A DNA stretch of 64,000 bases from NCBI RefSeq assembly GCF_009914755.1, contig NC_060927.1; one strand, given 5' to 3'. A program made the position numbers and the translations under genes. This document shows positions 17,790 through 35,365 of this stretch, in pieces; the stretch's first letter is position 1, and the number at the start of each line of letters is the position of its first letter. A model generated the notes under the pieces. It saw only the letters and a program-made list of their open reading frames with translations, was not told where the DNA came from and ran no database searches. This stretch comes from the human T2T-CHM13v2.0 reference genome, Homo sapiens.

Positions 17790-18270
17790 TGTGTTCATTT
17801 CCCATTGCTGCTATTAAAAAAGAACTACACATTTTGTGGCTTAAAACAACGTGAGTTTATAAATTCTGGAGGTCAGAAATCCAAAATGAGTTTCACAAGG
17901 CTAAAAATCCAGGTGTTGGCTGTTCAGTGCCCCTTTCTGGAGGATCCAGGGGAAAATCTGTTTCTTGCCTTTTCTAGCTTCTACTGGCCACCAGCATTGG
18001 TTGGCTCATGGCCCCTCCCTCCATCTTCAGAGCCAGCAGGTTAACATTGTCATGTCTCTCTCCCTCTCCCCACCCTAGCCCTGGCTTCCATCCTCACACC
18101 TCCTTCTCTGACCCTCCTGCTTCTCTTATTAGGATCCTTGTGATCACATTGGGCTACCCAGATAGTCCAGAATAATCTCCCAATTCTGAAATCCTTAACT
18201 TAGTCCCATTTGCTAAGTCTCTTTTGTCATGTAAAGTAACATGATCACAGGTTCCAGAGATTATGACATA
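17790..18270 (-). mobile_element. MLT1 (C/D-like) MaLR LTR
   Basis: GTGGCTTAAAACAAC..TTCTGGAGGTCAGAAATCCAAAATG..CTTTTGTCATGTAAAGTAACAT..CACAGGTTCCAG. Confidence 0.8.
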
Positions 18271-18276
18271 GGTATC

Positions 18277-18500
18277 TGTCTTAGTGACAAAGGAATACCT
18301 GAGCTGGGAAACTGGTAAAGGAAAGAGGTATATTTGGCTCATGGTTCTGCATTCTGCACAGGAAGCACGGTGCCAGCATCTGCTCCTGGGGAGGCCTTGG
18401 GAGCTTCCACTCATGGCAGAGGTGAAGGGGAGCCTGCTTGTGCAGAGGTCACACAGTGACAGAGGGAATGAGAGAGAGGGGGAAGGTGCCAAGGCCTTCT
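18277..18500 (-). mobile_element. MSTB-like MaLR LTR fragment
   Basis: GGAATACCTGAG..TTTGGCTCATGGTTCTGCA..GCCAGCATCTGCTC..CTCATGGCAGAGGTGAAGGGGAG. Confidence 0.75.
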
Positions 18501-19135
18501 AAAGAGCAATGGTAGAACTCAGCTGGCAAAGGAGCAGTAACATGCCCTCCATTCCGCCTGAAAACCACCTCCTGCCCACATGACCTCTCTCCTCAGCCAA
18601 GCTACCAACCAAGGGCAAGAGTAAAATAAAGACACCTGCAGATGTAAGTTCTCCAAATATTTACATCCCACACATTCTATCTCAAGAAACTCCTGAAGGA
18701 TGTTCTCAAACAAAATGAAAGACTAAATCAAGTGAGAAGACAATATGGGGGATACAGGAAATAGTAGGTCCAATGTAGAGAGATGCAAACGACATCATCA
18801 AGATGACGTTGAAGAGATTCTAGAAGAAAAGCTGTGATGCCATCCAGTGGCATCCAGTGCGGTGGTTCAGGAGATTCCAGAAGAGACTTCCTTTGGAAGG
18901 TGAACTGATGGTTGTCTGGTGCATGTGACCTCATTGTCAAGAAACAAAGCCAGTGGGTCAAGGATTTGGGATCAAATTGATATAAGAAATCTAACTGAGC
19001 CCACGAATAAGCTTGTCGGCAGAGGGGGCGGTCTGTTGGAGGCTGTTTAGACTCAGAGTAACGGTTTGTTCATTCATTTGGTCATCAAATGTCAGGTGCC
19101 TAGTATGTACCACGTGCTGTGTGAGGTCTGGAACT

Positions 19136-19420
19136 TTCTTTTTTTTTAACTTTTATTTTAGGTTCACAGGTACATGTGCAAATTTGTTACATAGGTAAAT
19201 TGCATCATAAGGGTTTGGCATACAGATTATTTGATCACCCAGGCAATAGGCATGGTACCCATACCATAGGTATTTTTTCTGATCCTCCCCCTCCTCCCAG
19301 CCTCCACCTTCAAGTAGGTCCCGGTGTCTGTTGTTCCCCTCTTTGTGTCCATGTGTTCTCATTGTTTAGCAACCACTTATAAGTGACAACCTGTGGTAGG
19401 TACTTGGTTTCCTGTTAGGT
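19136..19420 (-). mobile_element. Short L1PA (older primate L1) 3' end
   Basis: TTTTATTTTAGGTTCACAGGTACATGTGCAAATTTGTTACATAGGTAAA...; TSD GGAACTTTCTT on both sides. Confidence 0.85.
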
Positions 19421-20507
19421 TAGGAACTTTCTTAGCAAACCTAGGGCGTTTGGGTAGAGGATCCCAAGTGGATGAAGGCCTAGAGTTATATGATGGCTCC
19501 ATGGGGTCAGCAACTGGTAAGTGAAGGCTGGCTGAGGCAGGAAGGCTGTTGGAAAGCACTGAGAGACAAAGGGGTCAGGGCTGGGGCCCAGGAAGTGAGG
19601 AGTTGCTGAGCAGAGCAGCCATGTGGCATGGTCTCTGTTAGAAAATGAGTGACATGGGTGGAAGAGAACGATATAGTCCTTTTTGCTGGTGCTGTCTGTC
19701 TCAGAAGGAAATCATTTCCCACCACAGATGTTGGGGGCAGATGCTTTGTTTTGCTGTATGAGGTAGACAATCTAATCTTTTGATTTGTTTCCTAAAGCAA
19801 ATTTTAAAAATCAAAGTATAGCATACATACAAAACATTCACAAATGGGGCAGGCCAGTGAATTCTCACACAGTGAGTTCACCTCCACAACCAGCATCCAA
19901 ACCAGAAAATAGAACAGGAACACTCCTGAGCTCGGTTCTCACTCAGCAAAAGCCTGCTCTGAAGGGCAGGCTGTTTCAGAAGGGGCAGGAGATAGACTTG
20001 CCCCTCTGGTGGGGTGGTGGAGATTGGATTTTAGATTCTCAGCAACTGGGTTCAAAGCTCATCTGTGCCACCTTCAGGAGACAGACTGCTGCACGTGGCA
20101 GATTCCATTTGAAACAGGGTTGATAAGGCCTTCCTCACCCATTAGCCATGAGCATCACATGACTTAAAGTGAACAGAAACGATCCACGTACAGTCAGCGC
20201 TTAACTCTGTGCTGCAGACTTGCTTTAGATTTGATAGTGATGCTGGAAGGCTTCAAGAGAGGCCTCTAGATGCAAACTTTCTGCCATTTTCCAGGTCCAC
20301 GAGAGAGCCTTGTTAATGGACTCTGCAACCTTCCAGAGGACCCTAAGTCTCAGAGCTTTCCCAAGCCTGACCAGCCATCCTGGTACCTGCTGTCTAAGCA
20401 GCACCTCATATACCTCAGCTTATCTGTCACCTCTCTGGAGGGCAATTTGGCAGTGTCTAACAAAATTTAAAATTGGTATGCTCCTTGAATCAGAAATCAT
20501 CGTTTTA

Positions 20508-20820
20508 GGCCGGGCGCAGTGGCTCATGCCTGCAGTCCCAGCACTTTGGGAGGCCGAGGCAGGTGAATCACCTGAGGTCAGGAGTTTAAGACCAACTTGG
20601 CCAACATGGCAAAACCTTACCTCTACTAAAAATACAAAAATTAGCTGGGCGTGATGGTGCACACCTGTAATCCCAGCTACTGGGGAGACTGAGGCACCAG
20701 AATCACTTGAACCCTGGAGGCGGAGGTTGCAGTGAGCCAAGATCATGCCACTGTACTCCAACCTGGGCGACAGAGTGAGACTCCATCTCAAGAAATAAAA
20801 AATAAAAATAAAAAAAGAAA
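20508..20820 (+). mobile_element. AluSx-like within L1ME fragment
   Basis: Dimeric Alu; flanks GAGGGCAATTTGGCAG.. and GTCAAATAAATTATGG.. are L1ME-like. Confidence 0.95.
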
Positions 20821-21048
20821 TTGTGTTTTAGAAATCAGTCCTAAAGAGGTATTTAGTCACGTGCACAAAGACTTTGTTGCTACATTTCTTGAATGTCCGA
20901 GAAAACTTTGTCTTCTAGTGGTCAAATAAATTATGGTAGAAATACACCATGGAGTGTTCAGAAGCCCTTAAAAAGGAAATAAGGGAATCCAGCACTTTGC
21001 CTGTAAAGAGCCAGATAGTAAGCATCTACAATACTAAACAAACAAACC

Positions 21049-21530
21049 TGTATTGTTTTCTGCACTGCATAACACATCACCACAAACACAGTGACTTAAA
21101 ACAACATGATTTCTTTTCTCTCCACCCTACAGGTCAGAAAGCTGGCAGAGCATGGCTGGATTCTCTGCTCGAGGTCTCACATGCCCAAAATCAAGGTATT
21201 GGCCGGCTGGGCTCTTGTGTGGAGGCTCTGGGGAAGAACCATTCAGGCTGTGGACAGAAGACAGCTCCTTGTGGCTATAGGACTGAGAGCCCTGCTTCCC
21301 GCCACCGGCCCTTCAAGCACAAGCCCTCCAGGCCTCAAATCTCTCTGCCTTCCTCTTCTGCTTGTAAAGGCGCATGTGATTTCACTGGACCCACTTTCAA
21401 AACCCAGGATAACTTCCCTATTTTAAAGTCCATTTACCTTAATTAATCTGCACAGCCACTTTGCCATGTAAAGTAACATATTCGTGGGCATGAAACCAGG
21501 GGGTGAAGGTCATGTGGCTTTGAGAGCAGC
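21049..21530 (-). mobile_element. MLT1 (D/E-like) MaLR LTR
   Basis: TGTATTGTTTTC..CAGTGACTTAAAACAAC..CAAAATCAAGGTATTGGCC..TTTGCCATGTAAAGTAACATATTC. Confidence 0.75.
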
Positions 21531-22138
21531 ACTCTCGGTGACACATACTCAATTCTGCTCCTCCAGTGCAAAAGCAGCCACTGACAATATGCAAAGGAAT
21601 ACATGCAGCCACAACATGGAAGAAATACGTGCATCAACAACACATAGCAGCGTGTGTATGTATGTGCGTAAAGGCCTTGGAACACAGCTGAAGAATACTT
21701 TTCAAATCCTTCACTGTTATTTCCTCTAGGGAAGAGAGTGGAGGCCGAGGCTGGGAATCCAGGAGCTGTTCCCATTTTATTCTGCATACTTCCCTATCTT
21801 CTGATGACTTCACAATGTAACCATTAAGAAAAATAAAAATTGCTCATGCATTTACATATATAAATATTAATATATGTAAAGAAAACCTTAACCAATAATG
21901 ATGATTATATCTGGGGAGGAGGGAGTGTAAGGAACTTGCTTTCTAAATTACATATTCCTGCGATCTTTGCTTTTTTGTTACAATGAGTCTCTATTGTTGT
22001 GAATAGAAAAATATGTATACTTTTCATTGTACTGATGTCGATGAAGGATTTATGTAAAAAGCCAGATACTAAATATCTCCAAAGTTCATCCATTCTGGAC
22101 TAATGCTCATGTTACAACTTTAAGTTAAAAGTGCAAGA

Positions 22139-22383
22139 GGCAGGCGGATCCTTTGAGGTCAGGAGTTTGAGACCAGCCTGGCCAACATGGTGAAGCCCCA
22201 TCTCTACTACAAAAATTAGCCAGGTGTGGAGGCGGGTGCCTGTAATCCCAGCTACTCAGGAGGCTGAGGCAGGAGAATCACTTGAACCCATAGGCGGAGG
22301 TTGTGGTGAGCCGAGATTGTACCACTGCACACCAGCCTGGGCAGCAGAGCAAGACTCCATCTCGAAAAAAAAAAGAAGAAAAG
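22139..22383 (+). mobile_element. 5'-truncated AluS
   Basis: TSD AAAAGTGCAAGA on both sides. Confidence 0.92.
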
Positions 22384-24384
22384 AAAAGTGCAAGATGAAG
22401 AGTATACCCGGAAAATGAATCCAAGGACATAAATATTCATAGAAAATGACTGGAAGGAAATCCACTGAAACGTTAACAGTGGGTGTTCTAGGCAGTGAAG
22501 TCATGGATAATTATTTCTTCCTTTCTAGTTTTTAATGCTTCCCAATTTTCTATTATAAGTATGTATTATTTTTATAATTGACAAAATAAGCACTATTTTT
22601 TTTAAACTGAATGTAATTGCCAAGTGTACGGCAATATTCCTGTCAACGGGTTGCCAAATTTTCTTCCCGGCAGGGAAGCCTGTTTGAAAAACAGTAAAAA
22701 CCAGAGGTGTTCTTGCAGAATATGGGTTCCGAAAAAAAGGAATCTGAAGATGCATGGGTGAGAATGAAGAGACGGTGTCATTTTATCATTGAGGAAACAG
22801 GAGGGCTCCCCCACGCCTGCCAAGCCAACAGCCTGTCAAGACTGGCCACAGTGGGGTGGGTCCCGCCCAGCGACCAAACACCCAGCAGCATTGACAGGGG
22901 ACCCACCCTGGCCCATGCTTAACACGTGCTAATGAGCTGCTATTTTCCATATAGATCAGACTTCTGGTTCCTATATTCCTAACCTCGCATACCTCTTCAA
23001 CCCCCATGCTGTGTGCCATTCCCAGCAGGTGGCTTTCTGCTTGCTTCAGAGGGGGTTTCCCCTGGAAGGTTAATGATATGTTTCCCGTGGATGTTAGTGG
23101 ATAGTCTCACTGCTTAGGAGAATAAATGCATGCCTGAGATGCAGCTATCACCACACAAGACTCCCCAGACAGACACGGCTGTGACATTTCAGCCCCTCCC
23201 TCTTTTCTGCAGTCCCTGCCCCAACAGTTTGAGCTCCTGCTTCATGCAAGGTGCTCTGGAATAGCTGAATAGGCAAAGGCTGCAGCAGCCCTCACAGAGC
23301 TCACAGCCGGTGAGAGACGAGATGTGTCCAGAAAAGGAGACTCCATGAAACAAACAGTGAGAGCCATAAGAAAGGTCAAGGTTGAGTGTTTTGTGAAAGA
23401 GAGATTAATCTGGAAAGAGGTGATGAGGAGTTTAAATAGAGGGAGTGACAGTTGAGGTGTACCTCAAAGGATTGGAGAATTTGTTCATGGTAAGATGGGA
23501 AGAAAAATCAAAAGTATTCCAACCCACTCTCCAAAAAGCAGCATGAACAAAACCATAATTTTCTATGACTTTTCAGGATCCAAGGTATTACTCACCTGCA
23601 CACTGGTCTGCATCAAGCATACCTATGAGTTATTACACTAGGCCACGATCCCCCGTTAGAGCAAGTAAAACTCCCCATCTCCATCTAAAGTGCTCTAATA
23701 AGGAACCAACAAAAAGGGTCTGGAACCTCAACCTTGGTCATCACATGAGTGGTGCAAATTGAAATTACACTAGGAAACCAATGTATTCTGTGATGAGGCT
23801 GTGGGGAGACAGGCACACTCAGATATCGCTGGTGTGAATGCAGAATGCTACTACCCACCATGGAGGGGAGTTTGGCAATATCTGGCCAAATCATACAGCC
23901 TTTGAGCAGAGGTATCACCTCTAGGAAAAGCTGCGTGTAACCTGTATCTTGTTTAATTTTACAAAAATGACTAGGAGATTTTAAAATTTAAAAAACCATG
24001 TAGGAGATCTTCTTGGAAACAAAACATTATTTTACATTGAAAATAATTATTTTTTGCTTTCTTTCATTTCACATTTGAAAATTTTTTCAATACCTTTGTC
24101 TCATTAAAGTAAAGCATAGTAATGAAACAGACCCTGGTCACAGACAGTCCTCAGAAGCTGACCCTGTCAGATAAGAGGCAATGTGACCCACAGCACAGGA
24201 GAGACATAGGAAGGTAACATTTGTACTATTAATGACTTTGAGGTTCAAATCAAGATCCCGCACCCTCAAACAGGTCTCTATTTCTCATCAGTGGGCACCT
24301 CATTTACACATCTTTTGGGGTCATATCTCAGATTAATCATTTTGGTCTCAGTGTACAATAGTTTAACATAGAGCCACATCCCAA

Positions 24385-24810
24385 TAGAGCGGAAGAACTG
24401 CCGAAACCATCTGGTCCAATTCCCCCTCACTTTATAGTGAAATAAAACCAAGTGATATTTAAGTGAATTACTTAACATTACACAGCTAGTGAAAGGCAAG
24501 GCTCAGGCTCAGGTCTAAGTTTCTTAATTCCAAGTTCAGTGTCCTTCCTATGATGCCATACAGTCAGCTATCATAAAAAACCTTTTCCCCTTCATCAACA
24601 GTAGCTTGCATCTTTTGAGACAAAGGTATAAATAAAAGTTAGTTTAAAACACTTTAACATTGCTGTTATTTTATGTTTTTTATAAGAAGGCAGGGACCTT
24701 CATCTCTGTTGTAATGGATATAGCCCAAAAGCCTAGAAGAGAACAGTGTCCTTGTACATAGTAGATGTTCGATAAATGTTTGAATAAATATTTATTGAAT
24801 AAATGAATAT
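24385..24810. mobile_element. MIR (-, ~24385-24550) and L2 3' end (+, ~24690-24810)
   Basis: CCCCTCACTTTATAG..ACACAGCTAGT; CATAGTAGATGTTCGATAAATGTTTGAATAAAT. Confidence 0.6.
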
Positions 24811-24903
24811 ACTAAGTGGTATGAGTGGATCCATAGAGAAGAAAATGTAATTCTGATGTTTCTCAACTATCAGATTGGCAAAAATCTGAAAAATAACAAA
24901 TAA

Positions 24904-26910
<2,007 letters not shown>

Positions 26911-26949
26911 ACCTCTCTTCACTGTTGTCAATTTCAAAAAAAAAAAAGA

Positions 26950-28500
<1,551 letters not shown>

Positions 28501-29187
28501 TCTCCTTGATATTTTGTCCACTTGATCTGACACTCATTTGTCTTCCCCCTGAGCCCCAATATGTAGAGTAAGAGTTGCCTTTTACTAAATTTCATGTGAC
28601 TTGAGGGCATGGGGGTAGGGGTGGGGGCAGTGTTGAGCCAGCTGGGGGCTGGACCCTGCTGTCTGTTCTGAGCACTCATCACTGTCACGTCTGGAACACC
28701 CACCCTCACAGGGTGTGCTTCACTCCTATGGGCTGTGAGTCATTCGCTCCACATAGCAAAGAATCCTAGAAAGTCCTTCTGGCCTCTTCTACGACCTGGT
28801 GGTGATACATGAGATTTTCCATTCGCAAAGCTTTCCTTCTTTCTCCCCAGAGCTGCATTATTCACACTGTCCACCCATTCTCCTTCAAATGGGAAGGTCT
28901 TTGTGAGAATGTTCTATATTTCCTTGTGTGGGAGTACGTGAAGAGGAGCATATTTATTAGCTTAAAATTCCTTTCAGGGGTCTCAGCAAAATACCTTAGT
29001 GGACTATTTGATATGTTGAAAGTCAGATTTCAGGGCCTATCCCAGATTAGTGAAAAAAGAAACTATGAAATAAGAAGGAGCATTGGGGATTGCAGCAAAC
29101 TAAAGAAGAGATGGGAAAAATATTCAAAGTAGACAAGAGGGGGCCCAGCTATGTGGCCAGAGATTGGGTATCAAATGTAAAAAATGA

Positions 29188-29485
29188 GGCCGGGCACGGT
29201 GGCTCACGCCTGTAATCCTAGCACTTTGGGAGGCCTAGGTGGGAGGATCATTTGAGCTTAGGAGTTCAAGACTAGCCTGGGCAACATGGCAAAACTGTGT
29301 CTCTACTAAAAATACAAAATATTAGCCGGGCATGGTGGTGTGTACTTGTAATCCCAGCTACTCAGGAGGCTGATGTGGGAGGATCACTTGAACCTGGGGG
29401 CGGAGGTTGCAGTGAGTCAAGATCACGTCACTGCACTCCTGCAGGGGTGACAGCGAGACCCTGTCTCAAAAAAAGAAGAAAAAAG
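29188..29485 (+). mobile_element. Alu (Jb/Sx)
   Basis: Dimeric Alu with A-rich tail. Confidence 0.95.
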
Positions 29486-30062
29486 GCAATAAAAGCTCCA
29501 CGGAAGTATGTTTATGATTCAATGTGCTATGCTGCAATATTAAACTGCCCCGCTGCTTAACATTTTCAAAGAGTCTCTGAATTGGACCTTGAATCAGTGG
29601 TCCTTGGAAAAGTGAAATAATCATGCTGGTTTTATGAGTATTGCCCTAAGAAAAAGAAGCAGTGTGGACAAAGCAAAGAAAGCAAAATCTAGATCTGTGT
29701 TCTAGAACACAGACAAAAGATCAGTGGAAGCAGGGACTTAAAAAGTCGGGAATGACCAAGAGAATTCTAAGTCCTGCTCCCTTACTACACCCTGGAAATA
29801 CTGGCTGGGAGAAGTGAGATTTTAAGGTTTCTCACCAGCCAATTGGAAGACATTGACATGTAGTTACAAATGATTACTAACAACGTTTTCAAGATTTCCT
29901 TGAAATAACAGCCTCAGCCACACCCACATTTTCTTAGTTTTTATATATGGAATTGTATTAGTGCTCCCTAAATTAGTAATGCGAGATTTTGACTAGAAGA
30001 CTTCTAAAGACATTTTATATGTAAATATTAGAAGCAACTATGATTCCTTGGGGAATTTTGCA

Positions 30063-31550
30063 TTTTTTTTTTTTTTTACTGAGGTAAATTTTACGTACAG
30101 TGAAATGTGTGCAGATCTTAGTGAGCAATTCAATGCATTTTGACTAATATCTATACCCATGTAACCAACACTCAATCAAGGTACAGAATGTCTTGATCAC
30201 CCCAGGAATTCACTTGTGCCCACTTCCAGTCAACCCTCCCACTCCAAGCAACCACTTTTCTGATACTGTTACTATAGATTATTCTGCCTGTTCTAGAACT
30301 TCATATACATGGAATCATACAACGTGTACTCTTTTGTGTCTAGCTTCTTTTGCTAAACATGGTATTTTTGAGATTCACAATATCAGTAGTTTGTTGTATA
30401 TGTCGGTAGTTTGTTCCTTTCTGTTACTGATTAGTCGTCTATTGTATGGACTGCTGCAAATTGTCTATTCTATTGCTGGACATTTGCGTTGTTTCAAGTT
30501 TTTTACTATTTTGTGTGTGTCTTATTGTGAACATATATTTTTGTTTCACTTGGGCAAAACCTACAAGTGGAATCTCTGGGTAGGTATATATTTAACTTTT
30601 AGGAAACCATCAGTTTTCCAAAGTGGTTATGCCATTTGATGGTACAAGACATTTATGACATTTATGTGGAGCAACTAGAGCTCTCACAAAACATTTATGA
30701 GAGTTCTAGTTGCTGCACATCCTTGTAAACATGGTTTTGTAGGTCTTTTTTATATTAGTCATTCTGTTGGGTGTAGGATGGAGCCTTATTGTGGTTTCAA
30801 ACTGCATTTCTCTGGCAACTAATGATGTGAGTGAGCATTTCCTCATGGGCTTGTTGGTCATTTGTATTTACTCTTTTTGAAGTGTCTAAGCCTTTTGCCT
30901 ATTTTTCAAAATTGGGTCCCAGTGTCACTTGTTGAAAAATTCATTGACTACTTGTGAGTCTATTTCTGGACTTTGGTCTATTCCAATAATCTATTTGTTC
31001 ATGCCTATGCCAATACCATGCTGTCTCCTGATTACTTAGCTTTCTAGGAGATCCTGACATCAGACTGTGTGAGTCTTTCAGCTTTGGGAGGCTGAGGTAG
31101 GCGCATTACCTGAGGCTAGGAGTTTGAGACCAGCCTGGCCAACATGGCAAAATCCCATCTTTACTAAAAACACAAAATATTAGCTGGGCATGGAGGTGCA
31201 CATTTATAATCCCAGCTACTCGGGAGACTGAAGCACGAGAATCGCTTGAACCCAGGAAGCAGAGGTTGCAGTGAGCTGAGATTGCACCACCCACTCCAGC
31301 CTAAGCAACAGAGTGAGACTCTGTCTCAAAGAAAAAAAAAAGCATTCACTAATTCTAGCTTTAGAATTCATTCATTTTTGCCAAAAGAGTCTACTGGCCT
31401 TTGATTGGAATCAGATTAAATCTATAGATCAATCTGGGGAGAACTGACATTTTAACTTGCATCAAGTCTCCCAACTCATAAGTATATTTTTCCATTTATG
31501 TGGATCTTTAATTTCTCCCAGCAATGTTTTATATGCAAATGAATTTTTAT
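30063..31550 (-). mobile_element. L1MB/MC-type 3' end with nested Alu (31082-31341, +)
   Basis: TGAGGTAAATTTTACGTACAGTGAAATG..; CTAGAACTTCATATACATGGAATCATACA; AAATCTATAGATCAATCTGGGGAGAACTGACAT. Confidence 0.8.
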
Positions 31551-33464
31551 ACATATAAACTGTGAGTAATTTATATGCAAATAGTTAATAAAACTATGAT
31601 TATATGATTTTTTTAAAAGTCTGCAGTTCTAAATGAACTGATAAAAGACCTCGCATGAAGGGGGAGAAGCACTCAGTAAACAATGTATTAATAACGGGCA
31701 CTGGACACTCAGAATCCTCAAGTACTGTCATAATAATGAGTTCAGTTTTAAGTGCAGTAGAAGCCATTAGTGAAGAAAAATGATATTAGACACAAAGTTT
31801 AGTCGGAATGCAGTCTTACATCCTATCCAGTCTTAAATCCAAAGACTTGTTCCAGGGCTCCCCACCTGCACTACTCCAACGTCTTTCTTCTTTGTCCATC
31901 AAGGCTGTCCTGTTGCTTCCAACTGACTGCCACTGCCTGGGCTCAGGTGCCCCTTGGCTTGTTCCTGAACCACTGAAACAATGTCCTAACTGACCTCTGT
32001 GCCTCAGTCTGTCAGCTGCCAATTTATCGCACATGCTTGACTTCAAAGTTACTTTTTAAACCTGCAAATTTAATATATGTTTGTTTGTTATTTCTGTTAA
32101 ATAAAAATGGTTCAGATATCCCTTCTTTGGGTTATTACTTGTTTTTGTTTAATGTGGCATGGCAAATATATTCTCCATATATCCATGGTTATCAGTTATC
32201 TGTTAAATTAGAAATGATTAATCCCCCATTAATTAAAATTTAAAGCATGTGCTTCAAATAATTTGTTTAAAATATCTGAATCATCACTCAGATTTCTGAT
32301 TCAGTTATAAAATTATTAGAAGAAAATATGTTAATTCAAAGAGTGCATAAAACATACTACATCTTCTGCTCTGTGAAGCGCACCCATTAACTTGCCGTGA
32401 AACCAAGCCACTAGACTGTACCTGCTGCACAACAAACAGCAAATTGAGTCTCCTTGATGAATGCTTTGAGTTGAGTCTCCCCGACTGTGAAATAAATCAT
32501 GATTTAAAATGTGATCAGCCCTGACTTGATGTAAATAAATCCATACTACTAGAAGCCATGTTCTCAAAGATGGATAGTTTGCCATCGTGTAAATGACCTT
32601 AAGAGAAGACCTCCACGTAATTTTCAAAATATAAATAAGCAACAAGAAACCTCTACTCAAGAGAACTACAGCTTTTTGCCTCAAAGTGGTATATCCGTTT
32701 TATTTTCATTACCGATGACCCTACGATCCATTCTACAAATCTGACATAATTATGTTAAGAAAAAAAATACAAAATGATGTGGTGTGTTGCTGCTTTTCTG
32801 CCTGCCAAATTGGAAGTGAAGAAAGAGTCGTTATGCCGCTTCGCTCCACTGCTGCATTCCAGCAGTTCAGATCGACAAAACAGCATCCATCATGCTTTGC
32901 ATTACAATTTTCCTTTTCCATTTCCCCCCAGCTCATCATAACATAATTATGTTCCATTTTTTTCTAGCCAGGGGCTGGTATTTTCTTTTATACAGGACAA
33001 CAGCTGCAAAGCTCAACCTTGATGCCTCCTTAAAATGGTGAAATGTGTTTGCCTTTGTTCCAGTCTTGGTAATTTCAATTTTCACACTCCTGCTTGGCAG
33101 ATTTTCTTGCTGCCAAAAAATGCATTCAGCCCTGAAACTTTCATAGGGATGTGCAAAGGAGGTAGCTTCCAGGGTACTTAGTACTTGTCTGTACTGTAAT
33201 TTATCCTTGAGCCAACTTGTTTTGGAAATGTGTTGAGAAGACTAATGCTGCTCTCATTCTTTTTATAGCTTCATAATTGCTAAAGGAGAATTGTCTTTGT
33301 GTCGAACCAATCTGAACATTTTTATTCTTCTCTCTATTCGTGTCTACTCATGGATACTCTCATCATCGCTTTCTGAGAGTTGGGAACATTGGGCCAAAAT
33401 CTTGTCAATAAAAATCCTATGCTTCATGGCAAAAATTTTAAGATGTTAAACAAATGTTAATAAT

Positions 33465-33690
33465 AACTAACAGTTTTGGGGCATTACTCTGTGATAAAAA
33501 TGTTCTAAGTAATTTGATGAGTTACCTAATGTATTCCTCACGAAAACCATGAGGTAGGTGCTACCATGACCCTCATTTTTCAGTGGAGAGAAAGGAGACT
33601 AAGAGGGTTTGAGAAATTTCCTTGAGAGGCCACAGAGATAGTGCTGAGCTGGGAGTTAGATTCAGGCAGCTGGAGCCCACACCACTTCCT
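33465..33690 (-). mobile_element. MIR
   Basis: ATGAGGTAGGTGCTAC..CTCATTTTTCAG..GGAGACT..GAGCTGGGAGTTAGATTCAGGCAG. Confidence 0.65.
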
Positions 33691-33899
33691 ATCTTGCCTC
33701 CCCCTGTGGTCATCGTCAGCTCCCAAATTCTCAGGGGGCCCAGATTTACCCCATTCCAGCCCTGCCAGGAGAAGTCAGGGCTCATGCCTCAAAAAGTAGC
33801 ATGTCAGTATGAAAACCCGACAGGATGCAGATGTCTCACATCGTGTATACTGGATGCCTTGCTGGAGGCTTTCAGCTTCATTACGTGGATTTTCGACTG

Positions 33900-34335
33900 C
33901 CATGGTCTCGGCCGCCCCCTATTAACCTGAGCATTCACAAGTTTCCTTTCCTCTTCCGATCCATGGGATACTGAAGAGCAGACGCAGAGGTTCGCAGGTC
34001 ACCCGTGGCTGAAGGCCTCAGGTGCCATGTCGGGAATCCGGCTGTGCTGAGGCGGCCATGCTGGAGAGGCCACGCATGGAGATGCAGGAGAGAGACACAG
34101 AGAGATGCCTGGGGAGTCCCAGCTGTTCCATCTCCCCAGTCAGGGTGCCAGATGTGACTAAAGAACCTTTCAAGTTAACCCCAGCCCCAGGCAGCCACGG
34201 GTTACAACCTCATAAGAAACCCTAAGCAAGGACTGCTCAGCTGATCCTGTTAACTCCAGACTCACAGTCAAAATCAACTTTTGCTACTTTTCAAACCACT
34301 GTTTCAGGGTGATTTGTTACTGAAACACCATTAAG
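33900..34335 (+). mobile_element. MLT1F/G-like MaLR LTR
   Basis: GGCCATGCTGGAGAGGCCAC..GAGAGATGCC..CCCAGCTGTTCCA..GGTGATTTGTTAC. Confidence 0.6.
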
Positions 34336-34699
34336 ACAACAGCAGAGAACATTTGAGCAAATACACCTTAAGGGCTCATATTTTTGCACGAGATTTTTGC
34401 AGAAGGACCCACCATTGTGACGTATGTGTAATGTCTGTTGTGTGGATGCTGTGGGTGCATGTGGGTAGGTATTGTTTGTTACCTGTTTGAGTTGTATCCT
34501 GTAGACCAGGTCTTACTTGAAGGATAACACAATTTATTGAGTCAGTTACAGAAGTTCTGCCTGTCACCCATGGACTGAGAAAAGTCTGTCAATTCAGAAA
34601 GAAGACCAAGTAGAAAGGTCTTAGAGAGGCAGATAAATAAGAATCACTGTCTTGGCCAGGCTCAACATGGGAGTCTCATTTTGTTTAACCTGGGAAACC

Positions 34700-35365
<666 letters not shown>

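Larger units (their letters stand above)
17300..18990 (+). mobile_element. HAL1 (Half-L1, ORF1-like) relic interrupted by MaLR LTRs
   Basis: A-rich coiled-coil-like ORF1 remnant (AATAAGAGTTTCAGAAAAAGAGAACAGAG; CAGCCAAGCTACCAACCAAG..AAAATAAAGACA; TCTCAAGAAACTCCTGAAGGATGTTCTC). Confidence 0.6.

Noticed and set aside
20949-21446. Longest ORF in the track (165 aa)
   Set aside because: Lies across L1/MLT1 LTR sequence, with no recognisable domain or splice structure
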